Source of the DNA: a virus
Taxonomy: Duplodnaviria; Caudoviricetes
Virus record (IMG/VR): IMGVR_UViG_3300037195_000381
Span: 1-31,269 of that record
Strand: one strand, 5' to 3'
DNA: 31,269 nucleotides
Of the stretch, positions 1 to 7,889 are shown piece after piece. Under the pieces are notes generated by a model. That model saw only the letters and a program-made list of their open reading frames with translations. It did not search any database and was not told where the DNA came from. Position 1 is the stretch's first letter; each line of letters begins with the position of its first letter. Both the position numbers and the translations under genes were made by a program.

Positions 1-1713
1 GCGGATATCAACGGCATCCGCCGCCAGTTCATTGACGACATGGCAATGGACAAGGTACCGGAAGCCATCACTAACACGTTCATGCACGGTGGGCTATGGG
101 GCACCCTCGCAGCCAAGGTGGTTGTTGAGGAACAGAACACCACCCTAGCCACCAAAGACGAAAACGGCAAGTACATCATCGCACACGAGCCGCGAGTAGC
201 GGTCAAGGTCGTAGCGATACCTCCGATGGAGCTTATCCCCGACCCGGATGCAGAATTTGTCGATGATATGCTCGGAATCGTACATGAGGTCACCAAGCCT
301 CGCGCTTGGTTGCTCCAACAGCCGTACGGACGGGCATACGCCGCAAGTATCTCTCGGGTACCGAACCATGACGAAAATAAAGTCACGCTAGGCGACCCGG
401 AGGCTCTGATTGCCTCCCAACCCAACCAAGTACTTGTCACAGAGTACCACGGGCTTGTACCAAAAAGGCTTCTCCCGGCAAATGCACCCAAGCCGCGCAT
501 AGTAGATGCACTGGCGGCAGCAGAGATCGAGACCTCCAGTACGGCGGATTCTCGGGGAGAATTGGACGACGACGGTGAAATGGTGGAAGCCATCGTCACC
601 ATCTTCGATAAGAAGGCCCAAGGAAGGGCAATCGAAAACCCCTTCATCCACAACGACCGCAGCATCGTAGCCGCGCCGTTCGAGCGCGTACCGGGCCGAT
701 TTTGGGGTCGGGGCGTCATGGAGAAGGGCTACAATCCACAGAAGGCACTCGACGCCGAAATCCGTACCCGTATGGATGTTATGGCGCTCATCGCAAACCC
801 GATGCTTGGTGCGGACCAGACCGCCCTCCCTCGTGGTTTCGACCTTCGCGTACGACCGGGGAAGGTATGGCTGACCAACAGTTCGCCAAAAGAAGCGTTA
901 CACCCAATGGCGTTCCCGAATTTGGACCCTGCAAGTTTTTCGCAGACCTCGGAAATGGAGAGGATGGTTCAGATGGGAACTGGTGCGATGGACACTGCAA
1001 CCCCGCTGGAGGCAAACCGTCGAAACGAAACCGCAACCGGTACCTCGCTAATTGCAGGCACGTTCGTCAAGAGGTCCAAGCGAGCGCTTCGGACCATAAC
1101 CAATAGCTTCCTGAACCCGCTGATCCAGAAGATCGTGTGGCGTCGGATGGACTACGACACGACGAACTACCCGCAGGACTTCAACTTCCGCGTGTCCAGT
1201 ACCCTCGGTATCGTGGCACGGGAGATCGAGCAGAACCAGATGACGAGTCTGTTGCAGTACGCGCAAGGCAAGCCGACGACCTCGAATGTACTCATTCAGG
1301 CGATCTTCGACAACAGCGCCTCTCCCTACAAGGCAGAGATCGCGCAGGCGCTCAAGTCGGACGCACAACCCGACCCGGTGCAGCAGCAGATGGTGCAACT
1401 CCAGCAGCAGGTAGCACAGCTACAGGTACAGGAGCAGGCGGCGAAAGTACAGCTTACCCAACAGGACGCGGTGAAGCGTTCGGTTGAAGCCAAGAAGCTC
1501 GAATCCGATATCTTCGTGAACATTGCCAAGATCAAGGAAATGGAGCGCAGTGGGCAACTCGACGCTGCGGGGCAGCAGATCGAGGTCGCACGACTGATGA
1601 AGGAACTCGAAGAAGTCCGCCAGTTCGCCCGACAAATTGACGTTTCCATGATGAAGGTCATGGCAGACGCGAACAAACCACAAGGGGGAAACAGTGGGAA
1701 AGATAGCGATTGA
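1..1713 (+). CDS. portal (head-tail connector) protein, 5'-truncated by the window edge
   Basis: Frame is open from base 1. Motifs 'PGRFWGRGV..K.YNPQKALDAEIR.RMD' and 'RPGKVWLT', a Q-rich coiled C-terminus, and position upstream of scaffold and capsid fit a podophage portal. Confidence 0.9.
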   Translation, partial: ADINGIRRQFIDDMAMDKVPEAITNTFMHGGLWGTLAAKVVVEEQNTTLATKDENGKYIIAHEPRVAVKVVAIPPMELIPDPDAEFVDDMLGIVHEVTKPRAWLLQQPYGRAYAASISRVPNHDENKVTLGDPEALIASQPNQVLVTEYHGLVPKRLLPANAPKPRIVDALAAAEIETSSTADSRGELDDDGEMVEAIVTIFDKKAQGRAIENPFIHNDRSIVAAPFERVPGRFWGRGVMEKGYNPQKALDAEIRTRMDVMALIANPMLGADQTALPRGFDLRVRPGKVWLTNSSPKEALHPMAFPNLDPASFSQTSEMERMVQMGTGAMDTATPLEANRRNETATGTSLIAGTFVKRSKRALRTITNSFLNPLIQKIVWRRMDYDTTNYPQDFNFRVSSTLGIVAREIEQNQMTSLLQYAQGKPTTSNVLIQAIFDNSASPYKAEIAQALKSDAQPDPVQQQMVQLQQQVAQLQVQEQAAKVQLTQQDAVKRSVEAKKLESDIFVNIAKIKEMERSGQLDAAGQQIEVARLMKELEEVRQFARQIDVSMMKVMADANKPQGGNSGKDSD

Positions 1714-2023
1714 TCGAGCCGCCCTCACGGGCGACCAAGTACAAGAACTCGACCGGTGGGAGCAATTCTTCCACGGTCCAATCTGGCGGGATATCGTCAC
1801 CCGGTTCAACCCGGAGATCGAAGGCCTCCAGAACTCGTACCACAACGTTGTAGGTGAACAAATGCTCGGGCGCACCCAAGGTGCTCTCAGCGTCTACTAC
1901 CGCATTCTGGTACACCTTCCAGACCTTATCCATACGGAATTCCTCGTGAAGACCGGACAGATAGGCGCGGATGAGGGTCATAGCGAAGATGACCCGGTAT
2001 CCCCGGAAGATTGGCGTCGTTAG
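1694..2023 (+). CDS. hypothetical protein (head morphogenesis region)
   Basis: GTG start after GGGGGA, overlaps the portal stop, 109 aa, fits the operon. Confidence 0.7.
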   Translation: MGKIAIDRAALTGDQVQELDRWEQFFHGPIWRDIVTRFNPEIEGLQNSYHNVVGEQMLGRTQGALSVYYRILVHLPDLIHTEFLVKTGQIGADEGHSEDDPVSPEDWRR

Positions 2024-2026
2024 GCG

Positions 2027-2308
2027 ATGGCGCGCATCATCCGAGATATCCGCTGTAACGATTGTCTTACAGTTACCGAACATTGGATCAGCAAAGAGGA
2101 ATTAGCCTCCCTCAATTGCCCCGAGTGTGGTAGCTCTGATATGACCGTTATGATCGGCGCTCCGCATTTTGGAATCACGGCATCGGTTGCCAACGGTCAG
2201 GCGTCCTCGGACGGAATGACCACCGGCATCGACAAGTGGGAAAAGATGCGGAAACAGAAGCAGAGAATCGAGAAGCGGAACTTAGAGCGTCACGGCACTT
2301 ACGACTAG
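2027..2308 (+). CDS. FmdB-like zinc-ribbon protein
   Basis: CNDC...CPECGS zinc-ribbon pattern; small ORF between portal and scaffold. Confidence 0.75.
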   Translation: MARIIRDIRCNDCLTVTEHWISKEELASLNCPECGSSDMTVMIGAPHFGITASVANGQASSDGMTTGIDKWEKMRKQKQRIEKRNLERHGTYD

Positions 2309-2326
2309 GTTCCCACACCCACGAAC

Positions 2327-2358
2327 TGCTATAACTTTGCACAACCCGTAGGCACGGG
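2327..2358 (+). promoter_or_regulatory. candidate extended -10 promoter plus small hairpin upstream of scaffold/capsid genes
   Basis: TGcTATAAC at 2327-2335 in the intergenic gap; hairpin CCCGT-aggc-ACGGG at 2345-2358; no clear -35. Confidence 0.35.
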
Positions 2359-2377
2359 CGCATATTGGGAGAAAGCC

Positions 2378-3274
2378 ATGCCAGCACAAATCGTACCCGA
2401 GTTAGACGATAGCGGACAGCCGCTAGAAACTGAAGCCGACCTTTCGGCACTTGAAGCTCAACCGCCGGAAAAGCAGGTAACACAACCTGAAATACCGGTA
2501 CTCGACGGAGAAGACATACCCGAGAAGTACCGAGGAAAGTCAGCAGCAGACCTGCTGGAAATCGTCCAGAACCAAGAGTCCCACATCGGACGACAGGGAA
2601 CGGAACTCGGAGAGCTTCGCGGCCAAGTCGGTACCCTTCGGGGACTGGTTGACCAGTCACTCGCACTACGAGAAGATGGCATAAGCCGTACGGATCAAGT
2701 CGGGACGGAAGACGACCTGACAGACGACCAGTTCATCACCGATCCACGAGACGCGGTAACGAAAACTGTGAAGCGCGAAACGCGAGATCAAAACGAGCGT
2801 TTGGCCCGGTTAGAACAGCAAAACGCCGCCCTCGACTTCAGCCGGAAGTACCCGGAAGCACAGAAGGATGTAGAGTCACCCGAGTTTGTAGGCTTCGTTC
2901 AGAAGTCCCGCGTTCGCGGTACCCTCGCCCATCGAGCATTCAGCGACATGGAGAACATCGACTTCAACGCAGCCGAGGAACTTTGGGAACTGTGGGAGGA
3001 CTACAAGTCCATTCACCCCGCTGATTCCGACCCGGTACTCGCTTCACAAGAAGCCACGTCTCAAACGGTAGAACCTACCGACGAACCCAAGGCCGTACCT
3101 TCAATGGTTACCCAAGGCTCCAGCGGGGACGTAGGTGGTTCCACAAAACCCATATACAGTCAAGCCGCCCTGAACCGCCTGCAAGTGTCCGACCCCGATA
3201 CCTATTGGGCTGACGACACCCAGCGTAAGATCGATGGAGCACGCGCCGAGGGGAGGGTCGTTGACGACACTTAG
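2378..3274 (+). CDS. capsid scaffolding protein
   Basis: Acidic, coiled-coil protein with 'IPEKYRGKS...QESHIGRQGTELGELR' and C-terminal 'AEGRV'; directly before the capsid gene; RBS GGGAGA. Confidence 0.88.
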   Translation: MPAQIVPELDDSGQPLETEADLSALEAQPPEKQVTQPEIPVLDGEDIPEKYRGKSAADLLEIVQNQESHIGRQGTELGELRGQVGTLRGLVDQSLALREDGISRTDQVGTEDDLTDDQFITDPRDAVTKTVKRETRDQNERLARLEQQNAALDFSRKYPEAQKDVESPEFVGFVQKSRVRGTLAHRAFSDMENIDFNAAEELWELWEDYKSIHPADSDPVLASQEATSQTVEPTDEPKAVPSMVTQGSSGDVGGSTKPIYSQAALNRLQVSDPDTYWADDTQRKIDGARAEGRVVDDT

Positions 3275-3285
3275 GAAGCAAAGCT

Positions 3286-4266
3286 ATGGCTACAGCCTTC
3301 ACCTCTGGTGATTTTATTGCCTCCACCACTTCGGGAGAAGCCGCAAGTTTCGTCCCCGAGCAGTGGTCGAACGAGGTAATTGCACCTTACAAAGCCAGTC
3401 GCGTCCTCGCCGGACTGGTTACCCGATGGAACTTCGTCGGGCAATACGGCGACACCGTTCACGTACCTACGTTTGTACGTGGTTCCGCTAACACCAAGAG
3501 CGCAGAGAACGTCGTTACGCCGAACGTAACCAACTCTACGCTGACGAACGTTAGCATTGACAAGCACATCGAATACACGGTACTGATTGAGAAGTTTGCA
3601 GAAGTGCAATCTATGCCCTCACTGCGCCGAGCGTACGTCGATGACGCCGGTTACGCAATCTCTCGCAAGATTGATTGGGACTTGCACCTGCTTGGTCGCA
3701 GCAACGTTGTGACGACTCCCGCAGTCGGCGGTAACGTCTCCGGTGAAGAATACGGCGATGCCGTAATCGGCTCCGACGGCACGACCGCTTGGGACCAGAC
3801 GGCGAATTCGTCTGCTGGTAACGCCGCTGCACTGGCTGACGCTGGTGTACGTCGTCTGCTCCGTTCGATGGACGACAACAACGTATCGATGGAAGGTCGT
3901 GCGTTCGTTATCCCGCCCGTCGAGCTTGAGTCTCTACGTGGCATCGCTCGCTTCACGGAGCAAGCGTTCACGGGTGAAAGCGGCAGCGCTAACACCATCC
4001 GCAATGGTCTGATAGGCGACCTCTATGGTACGCCGATCTACGTTACGTCGGGTTGCCCGTTCGTACACGACGGCGCTAACAGCGCGGACCAGCGCGCAGG
4101 TTTGCTCCTGCACAAAGCAGCCTTTGTGCTGGTTGAGCAGCAGCGGGTCGAAGCGGTACAGGCGTTCCTGTCCGAATTCCTCGCCACTCAGTTGACGTGG
4201 CACACCATTTATGGTGTCAAGGAAGTTCGTGCAACGAACGTAATTCCGTTCATCGTACCGAGCTAA
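3286..4266 (+). CDS. major capsid protein
   Basis: 326 aa; 'FVPEQWS', 'GDTVHVP', 'AGYAISRKID', 'GLIGDLYGTPIY', 'IYGVKEVR' fit an HK97-fold podophage coat; RBS AGGA. Confidence 0.92.
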   Translation: MATAFTSGDFIASTTSGEAASFVPEQWSNEVIAPYKASRVLAGLVTRWNFVGQYGDTVHVPTFVRGSANTKSAENVVTPNVTNSTLTNVSIDKHIEYTVLIEKFAEVQSMPSLRRAYVDDAGYAISRKIDWDLHLLGRSNVVTTPAVGGNVSGEEYGDAVIGSDGTTAWDQTANSSAGNAAALADAGVRRLLRSMDDNNVSMEGRAFVIPPVELESLRGIARFTEQAFTGESGSANTIRNGLIGDLYGTPIYVTSGCPFVHDGANSADQRAGLLLHKAAFVLVEQQRVEAVQAFLSEFLATQLTWHTIYGVKEVRATNVIPFIVPS

Positions 4267-4289
4267 CCGGTACTCACCTAATTAGGTTC

Positions 4290-4322
4290 GGAGGGGAGGC
4301 ACAGCCCCTCCACTTCTTTCTT
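4290..4322 (+). terminator. probable intrinsic terminator after the capsid gene
   Basis: GGAGGGG...CCCCTCC stem (4290-4311) followed by an interrupted T-rich tract. Confidence 0.55.
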
Positions 4323-4342
4323 GACTTGTGGAGCCTTCCTGA

Positions 4343-6964
4343 ATGGCCGGATTTACCCGACGTAACAAACCGTTGAAAGGCAGCGTCGGTGCCGGGGAAC
4401 TCAGTGACTTCGCAATATCGAATCCCGCAGCAGGCGATCTCCTGATCTACGATGCCGTAGACGGTAAATGGGAGAACGGTAAGACCCTAAGCGGGAGCTA
4501 CACCATCGGTGGTACGTTGACGGCTGGCGCGTTGAGTGTCGATAACAACGCAACCATTGGTGGTAACATTACGCTAACCGGCGCTCTCGACGCTACGGGG
4601 AACATCGAGACGGGTGGCACCCTCATTGTGCAGGGAGCTACGACACTGCAATCTACACTTGCAGTTACCGGTGCGACAACTCTATCTTCTACGTTAGGCG
4701 TTACCGGTACTCTCACGGGTAGCGCCTTTTCTTTTTCTGGTAACGGTACAGTAGCCGGTACCCTCGGAGTGACGGGCAACGTCACCATGAGTGGGGATGC
4801 CAGCGTAACCGGTACCCTGACGGTAGGTGGACTCTCCATATCCGGTCTGCTCACCGTAGACGACCTCGTAGCGAACAACAGCGTATCCGCTGTCTTTATC
4901 TCCGGTACCTCGATCTCCGCTGACACCGGTTCCTTCACGACGCAGCTTGACACCAGCAAGCTCATAGTAGAGGGTACCCTTGAGATCGAAACCACGTTCG
5001 GTAGCCCCGACGAGACGTTCATCACGTCCGTATCTGAGGGAGGTCTGATTACCTTCCGTGGGTACGAGGATACCAACGACCCCGGCACAATACGCGAACT
5101 TTACACCATGTACCCCGGTACCACGGGCGTACGCCACCAGTGGAAAGTAGACGACGAAGACCGGTTCGAGATATACGACGCAAACACTTGGATGAAGGAT
5201 ACCGACACCGATATCGATATCGGGCACGTCGTATCCAACAGCGTCAACGGAGTTAGCCTGTGGGCACGTAGCTCCGCTGCCGACCACGACGTAATGCTCT
5301 CCCACAGCAGCACCGGTGGAGTTACCGGGGACGCGATCCTCGACGCTACCGACGGTGGAGCTACCCGCCTGTACTACAACAACCAGGGTGTCACACGCAC
5401 GGAGCAGAGTGGTCTCGGTCTGATCGACCAGAGCGCAGGCGGCTCGCGCCTCGTTGGGCGCACAAGCGGTCTGGTAGCCCAGTGGGATATCCGAGAAGAT
5501 GTATCCGCTACACAGGTCGAGATCAACAGCTTCATTCACGGCTACCCCATCACCGCTATCGGTGAGGATGCCGGAGGTACTGCCAAGACTCTGTGGTGGG
5601 CTGACCCGGACGCAGACTTCCGCGCCTACCAAGCAGGCAACGTAGCCCTCGCTACGACCGCTACCGGCGCGAAGGTACAGCACCCGACCGGCAGCACCCC
5701 GCTGCTGGAGTTCATGGACAACGGTGCCTCACGAGTAGGCTACCTCCAGATGCAGTCCTCCAACTTCGTACTGGAGAACGAACAGACCTCCGCACACTTC
5801 CTGCTGTACAGCTACAATAGCGTCCCGACGCGAACCCTGATGGCAGAGTTCGACCCGGACAACGGGGCTGACTTCTACCATACTGGTTTATTAGCAGGCG
5901 GTACTCAAGCCTCCGGTATGCTCAGCCAAGACACGAGCGGCAGTAACCCCTCTCACTTGTGGTGTACCGATGCAGGTACCTCCGTAGGTCGCATCCGCCA
6001 CGACGGTACTGACCTTCTTATCGAAGCTCTGAATACTAGCGGTGGTCTCCAGTTGATCGGTGAGGATGCTCTTAGCGCAGCTATCACCTTCATCGACATG
6101 ATACCCGACGACGGGATCGACTTCTACGCAGAAGACGACGCGGCAGGTTGGGGTGTGTACGCCTCTCTGGAAGACGCAGACGGAAACGGTGGCAGCTTCA
6201 ACGTATTCGGCACGAACCCCTCCTTCCAGTTGTGGGATTCTAATACGCTGACCGACCGGTACTTCCTCCTTCGACGCGCCGCTGGCGGTGGCAAGATTAA
6301 CATGCGAGCGGAGCATAAGGGAGACGACTTCGAGCTAACTACCCGCAACGACGCGGATGATAGTCAAGATGTTCAGATTAAGCTGTACGCGGAGACGGTA
6401 GCCACGAACGATGCCTACCTCGAATTGTACCACAACGCCGTCGCTACCGTGCGTACGCAGAGTGAGCAGCTTGAGGTCTACGAAGATACCGCCTGGCGCG
6501 AAGTGGTTGTCCGCTCTGAGGGTAGCTTCACTCCAGCCTTCACCTTCGCTACGCCCGGTGACCTGAGTATCACCTACAGTAAGCAGGAAGGGTACTACTG
6601 GAGGGACGGAGACCTAGTATACTTCCGTCTCAGGGTTGGCTTTACTGGTGCGAACTTCACGCACACCACCGCATCCGGTAACGCTCGTATCACAGGCTTA
6701 CCTTTTGATGTAGACACCACCAACGGCGGTACTCCGCTCTATGAGGCACAGGTATCCAAGGCCAACGATGGTTGGGGTAGCGCAACGCTCACAGACTATG
6801 TGATGGTTAAAGGCTACAGTCCGAACGGACAAAGCTTCATTCAGATATTCTCAGATGGTCCAGACCAGACCAGTACCACTTGGAAAGTAGACGAATTTGG
6901 CAGTGGCAATTCTGGTGTCTTACGTCTCTACGGTTTCTACGCGACCTCGGACGCACACACTTAA
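4343..6964 (+). CDS. long fibre/spike structural protein (putative receptor-binding or head fibre)
   Basis: 873 aa. N-terminal 'LSDFAISNPAAGDLLIYD...KWEN' fibre motif, G/T/V-rich beta repeats, internal degenerate repeats, and C-terminal 'EGSFTP...YSKQEGYY.RDGDLVY' domain typical of fibre tips. Confidence 0.75.
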   Translation: MAGFTRRNKPLKGSVGAGELSDFAISNPAAGDLLIYDAVDGKWENGKTLSGSYTIGGTLTAGALSVDNNATIGGNITLTGALDATGNIETGGTLIVQGATTLQSTLAVTGATTLSSTLGVTGTLTGSAFSFSGNGTVAGTLGVTGNVTMSGDASVTGTLTVGGLSISGLLTVDDLVANNSVSAVFISGTSISADTGSFTTQLDTSKLIVEGTLEIETTFGSPDETFITSVSEGGLITFRGYEDTNDPGTIRELYTMYPGTTGVRHQWKVDDEDRFEIYDANTWMKDTDTDIDIGHVVSNSVNGVSLWARSSAADHDVMLSHSSTGGVTGDAILDATDGGATRLYYNNQGVTRTEQSGLGLIDQSAGGSRLVGRTSGLVAQWDIREDVSATQVEINSFIHGYPITAIGEDAGGTAKTLWWADPDADFRAYQAGNVALATTATGAKVQHPTGSTPLLEFMDNGASRVGYLQMQSSNFVLENEQTSAHFLLYSYNSVPTRTLMAEFDPDNGADFYHTGLLAGGTQASGMLSQDTSGSNPSHLWCTDAGTSVGRIRHDGTDLLIEALNTSGGLQLIGEDALSAAITFIDMIPDDGIDFYAEDDAAGWGVYASLEDADGNGGSFNVFGTNPSFQLWDSNTLTDRYFLLRRAAGGGKINMRAEHKGDDFELTTRNDADDSQDVQIKLYAETVATNDAYLELYHNAVATVRTQSEQLEVYEDTAWREVVVRSEGSFTPAFTFATPGDLSITYSKQEGYYWRDGDLVYFRLRVGFTGANFTHTTASGNARITGLPFDVDTTNGGTPLYEAQVSKANDGWGSATLTDYVMVKGYSPNGQSFIQIFSDGPDQTSTTWKVDEFGSGNSGVLRLYGFYATSDAHT

Positions 6965-6979
6965 ACTAGGGGGAACCTA

Positions 6980-7195
6980 ATGGCTAAGAAAGCAGCATCG
7001 AAACCGCAAGTACCTGAAGCCGAACTGACGGCACAGGACGCGCACAACATCCTCATGCTCCTGAATAGGGCAGAGACCAAGGGCATCCAAGAGGCGCAAG
7101 TCCTCCTGCACGTCTGCGGCAAGCTCGACGCTATTCGCGGGAACTTCGAGGTACAAGAGGAAGACAATGGCGAAGACGTTTCTTCAATTGACTAA
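6980..7195 (+). CDS. small hypothetical protein (possible fibre chaperone)
   Basis: RBS GGGGA, 71 aa, helical, directly follows the fibre gene. Confidence 0.6.
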   Translation: MAKKAASKPQVPEAELTAQDAHNILMLLNRAETKGIQEAQVLLHVCGKLDAIRGNFEVQEEDNGEDVSSID

Positions 7196-7889
7196 CGAGG
7201 TAGGCAAGAACCTGCGACGGTCCACCGGCTCTACGTGGACCGCCGTAGATACCAACGCCGACCAAATCTTCATCCAGCAGGCTATCAACGAAGCCAAACG
7301 GATGGTGGAGGACAATTGGGAGTCCGACGCTCTCACTGTCTCCATGACCTTCAGCTCCGTCGCTAGTCAACACTCCTATGAGTTGGCTACGGCGGGTACC
7401 CCGAACGCCACCGACCGCGCCGCGCCTGTACGCAGCAAGCGCGACTACCGGCTCCAGCTATACGATGTAACCGACAATGAGTACCAATTCAACGAGTGCT
7501 CCCGAGAGTACGCCCAAAAGATCGAGACTCTTGACACGAACACTGTTGCGAAGCCGACGCAGGCGGCTGTCTACCCGAGCAAGACCGGACTCGTCGTCCA
7601 CTTCCCGTGGGCACCAACCGGCGTCCGCAACTACAAAATCTACGTCAAGAATCCGCAGGATGATTTCGGTTCTTCTGACGCCTCGACGGAGCTCACTGTA
7701 CCGTGGCGTCCTGTGGTCCTCGCAGCGACCGCTCTTGCTGCGGAAGAGCGCGGGGAAGAGCTCGGACTAGACGCGACCCGCTGGTGGGATCAGTACCAGG
7801 ACGCTCTCGGTAGCATGGTCGCCCGAGAGTCCTTCGAGCACGACCTCACCCTTGTCGCGGAAACCACTGACTACATCAACCCGTTCTAA
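7167..7889 (+). CDS. head-tail adaptor / tail tubular protein A-like
   Basis: 'TFLQLTNEV..LR', 'INEAKR.VED.W.', 'ALAAEERGE'; size and position before the nozzle. Confidence 0.78.
   Translation: MAKTFLQLTNEVGKNLRRSTGSTWTAVDTNADQIFIQQAINEAKRMVEDNWESDALTVSMTFSSVASQHSYELATAGTPNATDRAAPVRSKRDYRLQLYDVTDNEYQFNECSREYAQKIETLDTNTVAKPTQAAVYPSKTGLVVHFPWAPTGVRNYKIYVKNPQDDFGSSDASTELTVPWRPVVLAATALAAEERGEELGLDATRWWDQYQDALGSMVARESFEHDLTLVAETTDYINPF

Noticed and set aside
4230-4345. T7 10A/10B-style capsid frameshift or read-through into the fibre gene
   Set aside because: No slippery heptamer near the capsid stop; a terminator-like hairpin and a separate RBS (GGAG) intervene.
4498-5683. Long antisense ORFs (also 20475-21188, 28554-29264, 29545-30405)
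   Set aside because: Shadow frames of well-supported genes in GC-rich DNA, with no recognisable motifs.
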